Assembly (NCBI GenBank): GCA_963555825.3
Contig: CAUVXB020000002.1
Location: 800,001 to 864,000 of the forward strand
Length of the DNA stretch: 64,000 nucleotides
Direction of reading: 5' to 3'
Origin: Alphaproteobacteria bacterium
GTDB lineage: Bacteria > Pseudomonadota > Alphaproteobacteria > JAAXGF01
Part shown: positions 48,393-58,424 of the stretch, piece by piece
Position numbering within the stretch: position 1 is the first letter of the stretch
Layout of the letters: the number at the start of each line of letters is the position of its first letter
The notes under the pieces: generated by a model
Told to the model about the DNA's origin: nothing
Databases searched by the model: none
Seen by the model: the letters and a program-made list of their open reading frames with translations, nothing else
Made by a program: the position numbers and the translations under genes

Positions 48393-49238
48393 TTAGCATC
48401 GAATCGTCGCGCGGCGCATCACGCGCCTGAAGCCGTGGCCGTCGCGCGCCGCGCCGAGATCGTCGCTGAGCACCCTGTGCACGATGCAGCGGTTGTCCCA
48501 GATGGCGATCGAATTCGGCTGCCATTGAAAGCGGCAAGTGAATTCTTCGCGCGTCGCATGGTGCTCGAGGTGGTCGAGGATCATGCGGCTCTCCTCGGCT
48601 GTCATACCCTCGATCTGCCAGCAATATGAGGGGCTGATGAACAGCGAGGTGCGGCCGGTCACCGGATGGACACGGATCAGCGGGTGGGGACGAATTTCGC
48701 GCTTCGCACCTTTGCGCTCGGCAAGGCTCATGCCCTTGTAGTTCTGCGAATGGTCGCTGGGTTCGTGCGAATCGTGAATGCCGCGCGCGCGCTCGACGAT
48801 CGCCTTCATACCGTCCGAGAGTGTCTCGTAGGCGAGGTACATGTTGGCGAACACGGTGTCGCCGCCGACCGGCGGCACCTCGAGACCGTGCAGCACGGCG
48901 CCGAGCGGCGGCTCCTCGCGGAACGACATGTCGGCATGCCATCCATGGCCGAAGTTGCGAACTTCGTCGGGCATCTTGACGATCTCGATCAACTCGGGGA
49001 AACCGTCGATGCCGTTGACGAAGGGATAGGGCTCGAGTTCGCCGAAATGGCGCGAGAAGGCGACATGTTGCTCGGGCGTAATGTTTTGGTCGCGGAAGAA
49101 GATCACCAGGTGTTCGTGGAAGGCGTCGTGGATCGCTGCCCAGGTCCGGTTGTCGAGCGGTCGCGCGAGATCGACGCCGTGGATCTCGGCGCCGATCGCC
49201 GAGGCGCTGGGACGAACCTCGATAAGGCCATCGGTCAT
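48393..49238 (-). CDS. TauD/TfdA family 2OG-Fe(II) dioxygenase
   Basis: IGAEI.GVDL, WHAD, GGDT, HPL..HP.TG, WDNR..H. Confidence 0.92.
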   Translation of the reverse strand: MTDGLIEVRPSASAIGAEIHGVDLARPLDNRTWAAIHDAFHEHLVIFFRDQNITPEQHVAFSRHFGELEPYPFVNGIDGFPELIEIVKMPDEVRNFGHGWHADMSFREEPPLGAVLHGLEVPPVGGDTVFANMYLAYETLSDGMKAIVERARGIHDSHEPSDHSQNYKGMSLAERKGAKREIRPHPLIRVHPVTGRTSLFISPSYCWQIEGMTAEESRMILDHLEHHATREEFTCRFQWQPNSIAIWDNRCIVHRVLSDDLGAARDGHGFRRVMRRATIRC

Positions 49239-49324
49239 ACCACAAGGCTCCCTGAACGCGTCATGGGTTTCACGTCGTTTGTCACGCCTATCTTTTGCCT
49301 CCGGCGAAACCGCGAGTCAACGCA

Positions 49325-49360
49325 CGATACGTAAGAAACTATAGCCCGACGTACGTATCG
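49325..49360. promoter_or_regulatory. Inverted repeat in the divergent tauD-like/agmatinase promoter region (possible operator)
   Basis: cgatacgta-N18-tacgtatcg. Confidence 0.4.
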
Positions 49361-49478
49361 AACGCAGGAAAATCGGTCGACTGTGCCGGCCGCCGAGCCG
49401 CGCCAAGCGGCCGTCCAAATATCTAACGGTTCACCCTGCCGACCATTCCCTGTAGGAAGAAGGCGGGGAGGAAACGCA

Positions 49479-50435
49479 ATGGCGAGTGATCAGAGATTCC
49501 AGCAGGTCGATGCGGCAGTGGTGCCGCGTTTCGCCGATGTCGCGACATTCATGCGCACCCGGCGCCACGAGATCTCGGCCGATGTCGACATCGGCCTGAT
49601 CGGCGTGCCGTTCGACATCGGCGTCAACTTCCGCGCCGGCGCGCGCCAGGGGCCGGCCGGCGTGCGCGAGGCCTCGCGCCTGATCCGAAAATCGCACCCG
49701 ACCAGCGGCATCGCGCCGTTCGAGCTGTGCAACGTCGCCGATCTGGGCGACGCGCCGGTCAACCCGCTCAGCCTCGACCGCTCGATCGAGATGATCGAGG
49801 CGTTCTTCGCCGAGGTGCACGCCGCCGACATCGCGCCCATCGCGATCGGCGGCGACCACACCATCCCGGTGCCGATCCTGCGCGCGATCGCCAAGCAGGC
49901 GCCGGTCGGCATGGTGCATTTCGACGCCCATCCCGACACGCTCGACGAGCTGTGCGGCACCAAGATCAACCACGCGACCTTCCTCAGGCGGGTCCACGAG
50001 GAAGGCCTGGTCGATGCGAAACGGGTCATCCAGATCGGCCTGCGCGGCAGCCGCTTCGGCGCCGACGACCTCCAGTTCGGCTACGACGTCGGCTATACCA
50101 TCGTCACCATGGACGAATACGAGGAGATGGGCCGCGCCGCGGTGATCGAGATGATCCACGAGACGCTCGGCGAGGGTCCGGTCTACATCTCGCTCGATAT
50201 CGACGGCCTCGACCCGACCTTCGCGCCGGGCACCGGGGTGCCCGAGATCGGCGGGCTGATCCCGCGCGACGTCCAGGTCATCCTGCGCTCGCTGTCGGGC
50301 AAGGACGTCGTCGGCGCCGATATCAGCGAGGTCGCGCCGTGCTACGACCCGACTGGCATCACTTGCGTCACCGCGGCCAACCTGATGTTCGAGATCCTCT
50401 GCGTCATGGTGGCGGGCCGCCTGCGCACGAGCTGA
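49479..50435 (+). CDS. Agmatinase/guanidinopropionase-like ureohydrolase
   Basis: PRFA..TF, GGDH, HFDAHPD, SLDIDGLDP.FAPGTG. Confidence 0.9.
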   Translation: MASDQRFQQVDAAVVPRFADVATFMRTRRHEISADVDIGLIGVPFDIGVNFRAGARQGPAGVREASRLIRKSHPTSGIAPFELCNVADLGDAPVNPLSLDRSIEMIEAFFAEVHAADIAPIAIGGDHTIPVPILRAIAKQAPVGMVHFDAHPDTLDELCGTKINHATFLRRVHEEGLVDAKRVIQIGLRGSRFGADDLQFGYDVGYTIVTMDEYEEMGRAAVIEMIHETLGEGPVYISLDIDGLDPTFAPGTGVPEIGGLIPRDVQVILRSLSGKDVVGADISEVAPCYDPTGITCVTAANLMFEILCVMVAGRLRTS

Positions 50436-50442
50436 CCACCAG

Positions 50443-51333
50443 ATGCGCGACCATGTCGGCTACGGGCCGAACCCGCCGGATCCCCAGTGGCCGGGTGGCG
50501 CGCGGCTCGCCCTCAACCTGGTGGTCAACTACGAGGAGGGCGCCGAGTACGGCCCGCTCGAGGGCGACGGCTTCGCCGAGTCGATCCTTTCTGACATCGC
50601 GCCATCGCCGCCGCTGCCTGGCTTACGCAACCGCAACATCGAATCGCTTTATGAATACGGCAGCCGGGTCGGCATTTGGCGGGTGTTGCGGCTGTTCAAG
50701 CAGCGCGGCATCGCGCCGACCATGTATCTGGTCGGCCGCGCGCTCGAGCTCAACCCGGCGGTCGGCGAGGCGGTCGCCGAGGCCGGCTGCGACACGGTCT
50801 GCCACGGCTGGCGCTGGGTCGATTACCTCGAGATGGACGAAGCCCAAGAGCGCGAGCACATCGCGCGCACCGTCGAGACGATCGAGCGGCTGACCGGCAC
50901 CCGCCCGCTCGGCTGGTACACCGGCCGGCCGAGCCCGAACACCCGGCGCCTGGTCGTCGAGCACGGCGGCTTCCTGTTCGACAGCGACGACTACAACGAC
51001 GACCTGCCTTATTGGGTCGACGTCGGCGGCCGGGATCATCTGGTCATCCCGCACAGCTTCGACAACAACGACAGCCGCTTCGCGCGCGGCTCGGGGCTGG
51101 AGACCGCCGACCAGCTGTTCGCCTATCTGCGCGACGGCTTCGACTGGCTCTACGCCGAGGGCGCCGAGCGGCCGGCGATGATGACCGTGTCGATGCACTG
51201 CCGGCTGATCGGCCGCGCCGGCCGCATCGCCGGCCTGGCGCGCTTTCTCGATCACGTGCTGGCGCATGACCGCGTCTGGATCTGCCAGCGCACAGAGATC
51301 GCCCAGCACTGGCACGCGACCCACGGTCGCTAG
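50443..51333 (+). CDS. puuE: PuuE-type allantoinase (polysaccharide deacetylase family)
   Basis: RD.VGYG..PP..WP, VNYEEG, ESLYEYGSR, HGWRW, GWYTGR, HCRL. Confidence 0.8.
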   Translation: MRDHVGYGPNPPDPQWPGGARLALNLVVNYEEGAEYGPLEGDGFAESILSDIAPSPPLPGLRNRNIESLYEYGSRVGIWRVLRLFKQRGIAPTMYLVGRALELNPAVGEAVAEAGCDTVCHGWRWVDYLEMDEAQEREHIARTVETIERLTGTRPLGWYTGRPSPNTRRLVVEHGGFLFDSDDYNDDLPYWVDVGGRDHLVIPHSFDNNDSRFARGSGLETADQLFAYLRDGFDWLYAEGAERPAMMTVSMHCRLIGRAGRIAGLARFLDHVLAHDRVWICQRTEIAQHWHATHGR

Positions 51334-51350
51334 CCCCGATTGGGGCTTTG
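51332..51350 (+). terminator. Possible intrinsic terminator after puuE
   Basis: agcccc-gatt-ggggct followed by ttgtctt. Confidence 0.35.
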
Positions 51351-51423
51351 TCTTCTGTCCGGATATCGGGTTAGAGTTGTCGCTGCGGCGGGCATCGCCG
51401 CCTTTGTGTGGGGGGAGGCAACG

Positions 51424-53361
51424 ATGCGGCATATCATGCTGTGGGTAATGGTGTTGGTCTTCGGCGTCTGGAGCGCCGTCGCGAGCGCCCAGGTCGAGCC
51501 GGCCGATTCGAACATCAAGGCGGTGATGGGCGACCTCGACCGCTTCGAGAAGCAGGCCGAGGGTATCCAGCCGGGCAAGAAGTCCGCGGTCAAGCGGATC
51601 GAGAAGCTTCTCAAGCTGACCGAGCAACGGCTCGATAATTCGACCAACAAGGACCACGCGTCCTGGGCGGCGGCCAACGACCGGCTGCAGGCGCTCAAGC
51701 AGGCACTGGTCGATCTCGCCGCCGGTAAGACGCCGAGCGCTGCGCCTGCCGCCGCCGAAGCGCCGGCCGAGGCGACCACGACCGAGGCGCCCGCGACGAC
51801 GACCGAGGCGCCGGCGACGACCGAAGCGCCGGCCGAGGCGACGACGACCGAAACCCCGGCCGAGCCCGCCGCGACCGAAACGACGACGACCGAGACGCCC
51901 GCGGCCGCGCCGGCCGATCTCACATCACTTGAGCAGACGCAACTCAGGCGCGTCCAAAAGGAAACCAAACGGGTGGCCGGTGCCATCCAACGCGCCGATC
52001 TCGTCGCGCTTCAGGGCCAAGCCGAGCAAGACCGTCTGCGCGCGATGATCGAGGCGCAGCGTGGCAAGCTCGGCGAACACAGCCGCCAAGACCACCCCGA
52101 CGTCCAGGCCCACGCCGCCGAGATCGACAAGCTCGACGGGCTCTTGGACCAGCGGATCGCGGCCGCCGGCAACGAGCTGACGCCCGAGGAAAGCGAAGCG
52201 GTCGAGGCCGCCGCGGTACGCATCGACAGGGCGTGGAAGGCTGTCAAGAGCGCCAATCCCGGCCTCCTGCAGCCCGAAGGCGAGCCGGCCAAATGGAACG
52301 CCGGCTATGACAGGATCCACAAGCTACACACCGAGCTGCCGAAACAGGATCATCCGAGGGTCAAGGAGATCGGCGGCTGGCTCGCCGAGGTCCGCACCAT
52401 GCTCGACGAGAAGCTCGCCTACGCCGAGAAGCTGACCGCCGAGTACGGCCAGATCCTGGCGCGCTTCGATTCGATCAATGGAAAATACATCGGCAAGAAT
52501 CTGCCCGACCCGCTCGACAAGCCGTTGACCGAGGTAACGACGCGCGTCTGGGTCGAGACCATCGTCGCGGTGATGGGCGATCTCGATACGGACGCCGCCT
52601 GGCTCGATTCGATCAAGCGCCTCAACATCGTCGACAAGCAGAAGCTGTCGAGCGCCATCTTTTGGGTCGGCACCAAGGCCCGGCGCGATCTGCAGAAGAT
52701 GCTCGACGATGCCGCTGGGTTCGTCGAAGGCTGGGCGAAGACGGCCGAGCGTATGGCGGAATTCATCGAGGGGATCGACGTCAACGACCGCAACGACGTC
52801 GCCAACAAGCTGCTCGGCGAGGGCAAGTTCGAGGAGACCGTCGAGGGCCTGCGGAACGGTCTGCACGACATCGCCATGGCCAAGGTCTTCGAGGACGCGC
52901 TCGACCAGGACACGTCGCAGCGCGACGCCCAGCGCGCGCGACACGAGGCGGCGCAGGAGCGCTTCGAGGAGCTCGTCGAGGTCGCGCTCAACGACATCCG
53001 CATGCCGAAGTCGCGCTCCGACGACGACGAGCTCCTGGAGATCGCCGCCGAGGTGCTCAAGGACCCGAAACACGGCGTCAATCCGTACCTACGCATGGTC
53101 GTCAGCTACGACGTCCATCGCAAGGAGAAGCGCGAGGGCTATATCGATCCGGGCACGGTCTACACCACGGTGTCGATCTACCATTACGTTTGGGACGAAT
53201 ACAACGTGACCACCGCCGAGAAGGTCGGCGACAAGTTCTACATGCACGTCAACAAGCTGAAGTACTTCCACAGTGGCGACGCGACGACGCCGACCGGCCG
53301 CTGGATCCTGGCGACGCGCTTCAAGTCGAGCCAGATCCTCGAGGAGAACATCGACGAGTAG
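51424..53361 (+). CDS. Exported hypothetical protein with Thr/Glu/Ala/Pro repeat linker
   Basis: RBS GGAGG; signal peptide ...AVASA/Q; TTTEAPA repeats; helical core; host-like codon usage. Confidence 0.8.
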   Translation: MRHIMLWVMVLVFGVWSAVASAQVEPADSNIKAVMGDLDRFEKQAEGIQPGKKSAVKRIEKLLKLTEQRLDNSTNKDHASWAAANDRLQALKQALVDLAAGKTPSAAPAAAEAPAEATTTEAPATTTEAPATTEAPAEATTTETPAEPAATETTTTETPAAAPADLTSLEQTQLRRVQKETKRVAGAIQRADLVALQGQAEQDRLRAMIEAQRGKLGEHSRQDHPDVQAHAAEIDKLDGLLDQRIAAAGNELTPEESEAVEAAAVRIDRAWKAVKSANPGLLQPEGEPAKWNAGYDRIHKLHTELPKQDHPRVKEIGGWLAEVRTMLDEKLAYAEKLTAEYGQILARFDSINGKYIGKNLPDPLDKPLTEVTTRVWVETIVAVMGDLDTDAAWLDSIKRLNIVDKQKLSSAIFWVGTKARRDLQKMLDDAAGFVEGWAKTAERMAEFIEGIDVNDRNDVANKLLGEGKFEETVEGLRNGLHDIAMAKVFEDALDQDTSQRDAQRARHEAAQERFEELVEVALNDIRMPKSRSDDDELLEIAAEVLKDPKHGVNPYLRMVVSYDVHRKEKREGYIDPGTVYTTVSIYHYVWDEYNVTTAEKVGDKFYMHVNKLKYFHSGDATTPTGRWILATRFKSSQILEENIDE

Positions 53362-53380
53362 CGACGGCTCGTACCGAGGA

Positions 53381-54283
53381 TCAGATCGTCAGCTCGCCGG
53401 TCAGTACGGTGACGGCGTCGCCGCCGACCTTGACCGTCTCGATGTCGTCGCGCGGGCCGACGACCTCGACGTAGGCGTCGCCCGGCCGCGCGATCCAATG
53501 GCCCTGCTGGGCGGTGAAGCGCGGCGTGTCGATCAGCCCGTAATGCCACAGATAGGCCGCCATGCCGCCGGTCGCCGAGCCGGTGAACGGATCCTCGACG
53601 ATCTCGGGCGGCGCGTCGAAATCGCGCGCGAAGGTGTTGCCGGCCGCCGTCGCGCCTTCGCGGCAGAACAGGTGCAGGCTGGAAAATCCGTGCGCCCGCT
53701 TGAGCGCCGCGAGCGCCGCGATGTCCGGCCACGCGCGGCGCAGCGCGTCGAGGCCGGTGACTGGCACCATGAGCTGCGGCGTCCCGGTGCTGACGATCTG
53801 CAGTGGCACGCCGGCGACCAGGTCAGCCTCCTCGAGGCCGATCGTCGCGAGCACCGTGGGCGTGTCGAGCACCGCCAGGAACTGGGGTTTCATCTGCGAC
53901 ATGGTGACGCGGGTCGCCACCCCGCCGTCCGCCACCACCTCGACCGGAATGACGCCGGCGCCGATCTCGAGCGAGACCGTCGTCGCGCCGCCCGGGAGCG
54001 CGAGCCGTCCGGTCTCGACCAGCGCGTGCAGGGTCGCGACGGTCGGGTGGCCGGCCAGCGGAATCTCGTCGGCGAGCGTGAAATAGCGCGCCCGGACGTC
54101 GGACCGCCGGGGCGTCAGCACGAAGCTGGTCTCGGCCAGGTTCATCTCGCGCGCGATGGCGAGCAGGGTGGCGTCGTCGAGGTCGTCGGCGTCGAACACG
54201 ACGGCGCAGGGGTTGCCCGCGAGCCGGGTCCGCGTGAAGGCGTCGACCTGCATGAACGGGTAGCGCCGCGCCGGCCCACTCAT
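53381..54283 (-). CDS. PhzF family isomerase
   Basis: QVDAF, GNP, EMNLAET, AGHPT, EDPFTGSA. Confidence 0.92.
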   Translation of the reverse strand: MSGPARRYPFMQVDAFTRTRLAGNPCAVVFDADDLDDATLLAIAREMNLAETSFVLTPRRSDVRARYFTLADEIPLAGHPTVATLHALVETGRLALPGGATTVSLEIGAGVIPVEVVADGGVATRVTMSQMKPQFLAVLDTPTVLATIGLEEADLVAGVPLQIVSTGTPQLMVPVTGLDALRRAWPDIAALAALKRAHGFSSLHLFCREGATAAGNTFARDFDAPPEIVEDPFTGSATGGMAAYLWHYGLIDTPRFTAQQGHWIARPGDAYVEVVGPRDDIETVKVGGDAVTVLTGELTI

Positions 54284-54705
54284 TGGGGCTTGGTCGAATT
54301 GGTCGCGCGGCCGACTGCGATGAGGCGGCCCTCATGGGTCTCGACGTCGACGTCGGCCACGGCGATGGTGCGCCCGGCGCGCCGCACGCGCGCCTTGGCG
54401 ATCAAGTCGACGTCGCCCGCCATGCGCAGATAGTCGACCGCGAGATTGATCGTCGGCACGCCGCCGGTGTCGCATTTGATCGCCACGGCGAAGTCGCCGG
54501 CGACGTCGATGAAGGTCGCGATGACGCCGCCGTGGTGGCCGGGCGCCTTGTCCGAGCGCCGGTATTCGGGCGCGAAGGGCAGGCGGAACCGGGCCGTACC
54601 GGCCGCCTTGTCCCAGCTCTCGAGTTCCATGCGCACGACGCTCTCGAAGGGCGTGCGCTTCTGCCAGCCACGCCACAGGCGCTCGGGGTCGATGATCTCG
54701 GTCAT
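54280..54705 (-). CDS. PaaI family thioesterase
   Basis: HGGVIATFID, TINLAVDYLR. Confidence 0.88.
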   Translation of the reverse strand: MTEIIDPERLWRGWQKRTPFESVVRMELESWDKAAGTARFRLPFAPEYRRSDKAPGHHGGVIATFIDVAGDFAVAIKCDTGGVPTINLAVDYLRMAGDVDLIAKARVRRAGRTIAVADVDVETHEGRLIAVGRATNSTKPQ

Positions 54706-54835
54706 GGCTGCGCGATTACCTCTCCATAATTCGCTCGGGGTTCGGGTTGCGTCTGCCGAAACACCGTCCGTCATGCCGGCCGGAGCATAACGTCCCTGGC
54801 CGGGCGAACATAGCCGGCTGGCGCAATATTTGTTC

Positions 54836-54870
54836 TTGACCATACGATCAATTTTTAATCAAATGATCAA
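54836..54870. promoter_or_regulatory. Tandem RutR/PydR-type boxes upstream of preT
   Basis: TTGACCATACGATCAA and TTAATCAAATGATCAA resemble the RutR consensus TTGACCAnnTGGTCAA. Confidence 0.7.
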
Positions 54871-54947
54871 AATTTGGCGATGCCAACGGTTCGATCTGCC
54901 GGGTTCGCCAAGGCAACGGGGGCGTGGCTGCGAAAGGGGAGGCTTCG

Positions 54948-56309
54948 ATGGCCAAGGACGCGAACCAACGGGACGTCGCCGCCGGCCGTCTCACGGCCGA
55001 GGACTACACCGCCAACTTCGCCGACCTCCATTCGCCATTGAACCGGCATCAGGCTGTGGTCGAGGCCGAGCGCTGCTACTTCTGCGACGGCGCGCCGTGC
55101 ACGACCGCCTGCCCGACCGGCATCGACATCCCGATGTTCATCCGCCAGATCGCGACGGGCAACCCGCATGGCTCGGCCGAGACGATCTTCAGAGAGAACA
55201 TCATGGGCGGCATGTGCGCGCGGGTCTGCCCGACCGAGACGCTGTGCGAGGCGGTCTGCGTGCGCAACACCGCCGAGGACAAGCCTATCGAGATCGGCCT
55301 GTTGCAGCGCTATGCCACCGACGCGCTGATGGCGACCGGGCGCCAGCCGTTCGAGCGCGGCCCAGCTACCGGCAAACGCATTGCCGTCGTCGGCGCCGGC
55401 CCGGCCGGCCTCGCCTGCGCCCACCGCCTCGCCGTGCGCGGCCACGAGGTCACCATTTACGAGGCCAAGGCGAAGCCCGGCGGGCTCAACGAGTTCGGCA
55501 TCGCCGCCTACAAGACGATCGACGGTTTCGCCCAACGCGAGGTCGAATACATCCTCGGCATCGGCGGCATCGCCGTCGAGTACGGCAAGGCGCTGGGCGA
55601 TGGGGTGACGCTGGCCGGGCTACGCCGCGACTTCGACGCGGTGTTCCTCGGCCTTGGCATGGGCGCGGTCAACGCGCTCGGCCTCGAAGCCGAGGACGCC
55701 GAGGGCGTCGAGGACGCGGTCGCCTACATCGCCGATCTGCGCCAAGCCGACGACTACGCCACGCTGCCGGTCGGCCGCCGCATCGTCGTCGTCGGCGGCG
55801 GCATGACGGCGATCGACATTGCCGCGCAGACCAAGCGGCTCGGCGCCGAGGACGTCACCATCGTCTACCGGCGCGGCCGCGAGAAGATGAACGCGAGCGA
55901 TTACGAGCAGGCGATCGCGCAGACCTCGGGCGTCAAGATCAAGCACGACGCCCAGCCGGTCCGCCTGATCGGCGAGAGCGGCCGCATCGAGGCGATCGAG
56001 TTCGAGTACACGCGCGCGGACGGCGATGGCCGCCTCGAGGGCACCGGCGAACGCTTCACGATTGCCGCCGACGTGGTATTCAAGGCGATCGGGCAGAAAC
56101 TGGTGCCCGAGCCGCTCGAAGGCGACGACGCCGCGCTCGACATGATCGCCGGCCGCATCGCCGTCGACGACCAGCGGCGCAGCTCGCTGGCCGGCGTCTG
56201 GGCCGGTGGCGACTGCGTCGCGGGCGGGGCGGACCTGACGGTCGCCGCGGTCGAGGACGGCAAGATCGCGGCGCATTCGATCGACGACGCCCTGAGCGGC
56301 GCCGGCTGA
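54948..56309 (+). CDS. preT: Dihydropyrimidine dehydrogenase subunit PreT
   Basis: EAERCYFC..APC..ACP, CARVCP...CE, GAGPAG; upstream of preA. Confidence 0.88.
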   Translation: MAKDANQRDVAAGRLTAEDYTANFADLHSPLNRHQAVVEAERCYFCDGAPCTTACPTGIDIPMFIRQIATGNPHGSAETIFRENIMGGMCARVCPTETLCEAVCVRNTAEDKPIEIGLLQRYATDALMATGRQPFERGPATGKRIAVVGAGPAGLACAHRLAVRGHEVTIYEAKAKPGGLNEFGIAAYKTIDGFAQREVEYILGIGGIAVEYGKALGDGVTLAGLRRDFDAVFLGLGMGAVNALGLEAEDAEGVEDAVAYIADLRQADDYATLPVGRRIVVVGGGMTAIDIAAQTKRLGAEDVTIVYRRGREKMNASDYEQAIAQTSGVKIKHDAQPVRLIGESGRIEAIEFEYTRADGDGRLEGTGERFTIAADVVFKAIGQKLVPEPLEGDDAALDMIAGRIAVDDQRRSSLAGVWAGGDCVAGGADLTVAAVEDGKIAAHSIDDALSGAG

Positions 56310-56350
56310 GCCGCCGGCGCCGCGGGGCGCAGACAACGGGAGACCAAGCC

Positions 56351-57655
56351 ATGGCCGATATCCGCAACGACTTCGTCGGTATCAAGTCGCCCAACCCCTT
56401 CTGGTTGGCGTCGGCGCCGCCGACCGACAAGGAATACAACGTGGTGCGCGCCTTCAAGGCGGGTTGGGGCGGCGGCGTCTGGAAGACGCTCGGCGAGGAC
56501 CCGCCGATCGTCAACGTCAACGGGCCGCGCTATGGCGCCATCCATTCGGGCGACCGCCGCGTCATCGGCTTCAACAACGTCGAGCTGATCACCGACCGAC
56601 CGCTCGACGTCAATCTGCGCGAAATCAAGCAGGTCAAGCGTGACTGGCCCGACCGCGCGGTCGTCGTTTCGCTCATGGTGCCCTGCGAGGAGGCGGCCTG
56701 GTAGCGCATGCTGCCGATGGTCGAGGACACCGGCGCCGACGGCATCGAGCTCAATTTCGGCTGCCCCCACGGCATGTCCGAGCGCGGCATGGGCGCCGCG
56801 GTCGGCCAGGTGCCCGAATATGTCGAGATGGTCGCGCGCTGGTGCAAGCAACACTCGCGCATGCCGGTCATCGTCAAACTGACGCCGAACATCACCGACG
56901 TCCGGTTTCCCGCGCGCGGCGCGATGAACGGCGGCGCCGACGCGGTCTCTCTGATCAACACGATCAACTCGATCGTCGGCGTCGACCTCGACCGCATGGC
57001 GCCCGAGCCGAACACCGACGGCAAGGGGACCCACGGCGGCTATTGCGGCGAGGCGGTCAAGCCGATCGCGCTCAGCATGGTCGCCGAGATCGCCCGCGAC
57101 CCGGAGACCAACGGCTTGCCGATCTCGGGTATCGGCGGCATCACCGACTGGCGCGACGCGGTCGAGTTCATGGCGCTCGGCGCCGGCAACGTGCAGGTCT
57201 GCACCGCCGCCATGGTCTATGGCTTCCGCATCGTCGAGGACATGATCGCGGGCCTCGAGGCGTGGATGGACGACAAGGGCTATGCCCGGCTCGACGATTT
57301 CGTCGGGCGCGCCGTGCCGAACGTCACCGACTGGCAGTACCTGAACCTGAACTACGTCGTGAAGGCGCGCATCGACCAGGATATGTGCATCAAATGCGGG
57401 CGCTGCTACATCGCCTGCGAGGACGCCTCGCACCAGTCGATCACGGCGTCGAAGAACGGCGAGCGCTACTTCGACGTCATCGACGAGGAATGCGTCGGCT
57501 GCAACCTGTGCGCCAGCGTCTGCCCGGTCGAGGGCTGCATCTCGATGGTCGAGATGACCGAGGGAGTCGACCCCAGGACCGGCCGGCCGATCGACCGGAG
57601 CTACGCCAACTGGACGACGCATCCCAACAACCCGAACCGCGTCGCCGCCGAGTAG
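56351..57655 (+). pseudogene. preA: Dihydropyrimidine dehydrogenase subunit PreA with in-frame TAG at codon 118 (56702-56704)
   Basis: NPFWLASAPPT, NFGCPHGM, KLTPN, GGYCG, two ferredoxin motifs; both halves in one frame. Confidence 0.88.
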
Positions 57656-57659
57656 CGTA

Positions 57660-57820
57660 GGCCGCACGCTGTTGCAGCGACTCGCCGGCGCGGTCATCCC
57701 ATACCGGTTTTTCCTCATGCTGCCCTACGTGCTGAGCATCGTCGCCATGGTCGTCATGCGCGCCGTGCGACCGACCCCAAGGCGCTGCTGGTGCCGTTCC
57801 GCCGCGGCGAGCGGATTTAG
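57660..57820 (+). pseudogene. C-terminal remnant of a nucleoside/purine-type ABC permease
   Basis: IPYRFFLMLPYVLSIVAM then frameshift to PKALLVPFRRGERI*. Confidence 0.65.
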
Positions 57821-58042
57821 GCGTCGCGCTCATCCGTATTGGCGTCGGCTGGGTGGCGCCCATGTCGGCAATCGGCCGCATAGCGGCCGTCGTTGTGGAA
57901 ACCGCGCGACGTCCAAACATGACCCTGCGCAGGCATCGGGCATCTTGCGTCGGTGCACACAAAGGCGACTGGCGAACCCGTCAACCTAGATTTCCTCGCG
58001 AGTGGCCTTGCTGGCCGCGTCAAGGATATGAAAATTCCTCGG

Positions 58043-58240
58043 GTCCGCTGCCACGATCTCGGGCATTAGCACGCGGCACAGTCGCTTGAGGAAAGTGTCG
58101 ATCCGAAGGTTGCCCAGGAGCGGCTGGGGCATACCACGATCGCGCTGCCGTTGGACCTCTACTGACCCGTCATGCCGGGAATGCAAGAGGATGCTGCGGC
58201 GAGGGTAGACAGGGCTCTCAAATCTGCGCTAGGTAGGCGC
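58043..58240 (+). pseudogene. Tyrosine integrase C-terminal remnant
   Basis: VRCHDLGH*HA...PKVAQERLGHTTIALPLDLY*PVMPGMQEDAA: degenerate HxxRH, LGH and Tyr boxes with two stops. Confidence 0.8.
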
Positions 58241-58335
58241 GCCAAGCATGAAACTCAGACCTCATGCGACCAATTGGTGACCATTTGTTGGCTTTGCGAA
58301 CCTCTCGTTCTGAAAAATCCAACAAATTCAACAGC

Positions 58336-58424
58336 GGAGGGGTGCCGGAGTGGTCGAACGGGGCGGTCTCGAAAACCGTTGTGCGCTTTGCGTACCGTGG
58401 GTTCGAATCCCACCCCCTCCGCCA
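58336..58424 (+). tRNA. tRNA-Ser (anticodon CGA)
   Basis: GGAGGGG/CCCCTCC acceptor stem, anticodon arm gcggt-ctCGAaa-accgt, long variable arm, GGTTCGAATCC, encoded CCA. Confidence 0.95.

Noticed and set aside
56702-56704. Genome-wide TAG recoding
   Set aside because: TAG is the normal stop of many intact genes here (e.g. 5348, 8853, 27382, 57655).
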